Source: Candidatus Methanogaster sp. (lineage in GTDB: Archaea > Halobacteriota > Methanosarcinia > Methanosarcinales > Methanogasteraceae). From it: 64,000 nt of DNA. Of the stretch, positions 62,144-64,000 are shown one piece after another. Position numbers and translations under genes: made by a program. A model generated the notes under the pieces. It saw only the letters and a program-made list of their open reading frames with translations. It had not been told where the DNA came from and searched no databases. The DNA lies in assembly GCA_003194445.1 (NCBI GenBank), contig PQXF01000001.1:140014-204013 (forward strand). The letters are read 5' to 3'. Each line of letters begins with the position of its first letter. Position 1 is the stretch's first letter.

Positions 62144-62419
62144 GTCTGTGCAATATGCTTGTGGTGTCATAAACGTTGTGCGCGTGGTTTAGCCCCTCTT
62201 CTCCCCCCTGGAATGTGCATCGACATTGGAATCGGTATCAGAACCGCCACGGTGGATTAAACGAGAGAAAAAACTTTCAACCGTTACAAACGCTACTTGC
62301 CCATCAGCCATACACGCACCATACCCAGTCGTGATTGTCATGGCAATCGGGATATGAGTGCTTGTGATGCCGGATAAGCATTTAAAGGATTGCGATTGTG
62401 TGCTCTGGTAGAATACGGG

Positions 62420-62580
62420 GCGTGATTGTTATGAAAGGGTATGATCGTGTAATTTGGCCTCATAGGGATATGTGGGCAATGGTGCTCAGTGCGGGCATGC
62501 TCGCGGTGCTGTTGGTGCTTGCATGCGCGGGTAGGGTAGCGGGCGCGCGACGAGATGAGCTGTGGATGATGATAGCGACG
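62420..62580 (+). pseudogene. Decayed 5' end of a NosD/CASH-type surface-protein gene
   Basis: MLAVLLVLACAG..VDDD signal-peptide region; repeated at 63872-63950. Confidence 0.5.
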
Positions 62581-62722
62581 CGGATCGGTGAGATTGTGAT
62601 GCCGAAAGGCATTTATGGGGTTGCGGCGTGTGGATATATACCATACCGGATGTGATTGTTATGAAAAGGCATGATCGCGTAATCGGGTCATATATGTACA
62701 ACGTAACAGGGGGGTAGGTAAT

Positions 62723-63802
62723 ATGATGGAAGTGAGCTTTTACGACAGGGAGCAGGAAACAAAAGAGATTATGGATACGCTGCGTATGAAACCGAGACTT
62801 ATCACATTCATTTACGGGCCGATAAACTCAGGGAAGACTGAACTGATCACTCATCTGATCGAAGAACTGCCCGAGGATTACATCCCATTCTACGTTAACC
62901 TGCGTGGGCGGTTTATTACAGGTTACGAAGATTTTCTAAATGTGTTATTCGAGATTGACGAAGGGGGCATGATCGACAACGTAAGTGAGTATGCAACATC
63001 GATATTAAAGGATCTAAAGATCGTCAGCGGGATCCCAATACCAGTAAATCTATTTGAGCAAATATTTGAGAGAAAGGATAAAAGTAAAGATGTTTTCAAG
63101 TACATCGAACATTTCTTTATTGAGATATCAAAGAAACGTGTCCCTGTGCTGGTCATCGATGAGTTGCAGGTGATTGGGGACCTGAAGATCGATGGTCTTC
63201 TGGTTTACAAACTATTCAATTTCTTTGTGCGGCTCACAAAAGAGTTGCACCTGGCACACGTATTCGTGGTCACTTCTGATTCGCTCTTTATCGAGCAGGT
63301 TTATAGCGAGGCGATGCTGGAAGAGCGATGCAAGTATCTGCCGATAGATGATTTCGATTATGAAACAACGATTGCGTTTTTGGATCATTACGGATTTGAT
63401 ATGCACGAGAGGGAGATTGCATGGCAGTACGTTGGTGGAAAACCAGTATCACTTGTTAGACTGATCGATGAAAAAGCGAGTGAGAAGAAGATCGAGGATG
63501 TTGCAGGCAGTATGCTTACGCTTAGAACTGGCGAGATAGAAACGATGCTTAAAAGAGTTAACGAGTTGGGTGGTGGAATAATTATAGAAGATATTAAATA
63601 TAGTGTAAGTTACGAGAAATTGGTTGAGGCATTGAAGAGTTTTGCTACGTGTGAGGCGATCGGTATGAATGAAGTGGATGAGATATCCAAGACGTTTCTG
63701 GTCAAGAAGAATGTGTTGTTCGTTGATCCGCTTACAAAGATGATCAAGCCGCAATCACAGCTGAATCTGCTTGCAGTGCGAGAGGTGACAGGAATTGTGT
63801 AG
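62723..63802 (+). CDS. Archaeal AAA+ ATPase (ATPase_2-like)
   Basis: FYDREQE, GPINSGKT, VIDELQ, VGGKP. Confidence 0.9.
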   Translation: MMEVSFYDREQETKEIMDTLRMKPRLITFIYGPINSGKTELITHLIEELPEDYIPFYVNLRGRFITGYEDFLNVLFEIDEGGMIDNVSEYATSILKDLKIVSGIPIPVNLFEQIFERKDKSKDVFKYIEHFFIEISKKRVPVLVIDELQVIGDLKIDGLLVYKLFNFFVRLTKELHLAHVFVVTSDSLFIEQVYSEAMLEERCKYLPIDDFDYETTIAFLDHYGFDMHEREIAWQYVGGKPVSLVRLIDEKASEKKIEDVAGSMLTLRTGEIETMLKRVNELGGGIIIEDIKYSVSYEKLVEALKSFATCEAIGMNEVDEISKTFLVKKNVLFVDPLTKMIKPQSQLNLLAVREVTGIV

Positions 63803-63834
63803 AATTGGGATGGTTCTTTGAGATAGTTCTCGTG

Positions 63835-64000
63835 ATCACATCTGCGGGCGCGTGGACCACGGCGGCTCATCGCGGGCGGGCTCGCGGTGCTGGTGCTTGC
63901 GTGCGCGGGCATGGCGGCGGGTGCGACGTATGTGATGGATGATGATGGTGCGTGGGTGTGGGCTATACGATGCTTGCAGGCGGCGGCAGGTGTTGATCGG
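63835..64000 (+). pseudogene. Second decayed NosD/CASH-type 5' end, runs off the window
   Basis: LAVLVLACAGMAAGATYVMDDDG and a frameshifted LQAA. Confidence 0.5.

Overview
Archaeal chromosomal window, most consistent with Methanosarcinales and probably an ANME-2-type anaerobic methanotroph. This is inferred from the archaeal histone, topoisomerase VI A, thermosome, NAC, beta-RFAP synthase, PEF-CTERM-like and dockerin-tailed surface proteins. A housekeeping backbone (pyrD, histone, map, argF, tRNA-Lys, mobA, top6A, cobS, nac, mptG, birA, pycAB, thermosome) is interleaved with a surface-glycan cluster (about 15.8-32 kb), a bacterial-type exosortase/EpsI pair, decayed toxin-antitoxin modules, several MITE/REP-like repeat families and many 'hollowed-out' pseudogenes. 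The best signals missed by the ORF track are: (1) a tandem pair of promoter-bearing putative sRNAs with a C-rich loop at 57.6-57.9 kb; (2) a triplicated ~60-bp operator/promoter in front of a 28-aa Cys-rich microprotein, a Zn-ribbon microprotein and an ABC substrate-binding remnant, two copies of which are followed by related structured leaders; (3) a ~90-aa 'FSWDN' domain that occurs once nearly free-standing and once inserted in-frame in a membrane protein; (4) accessory genes bracketed by duplicated ends of neighbouring host genes; (5) a MITE inserted in-frame in hicB. All functional calls come from manual motif recognition, and no database searches were run.
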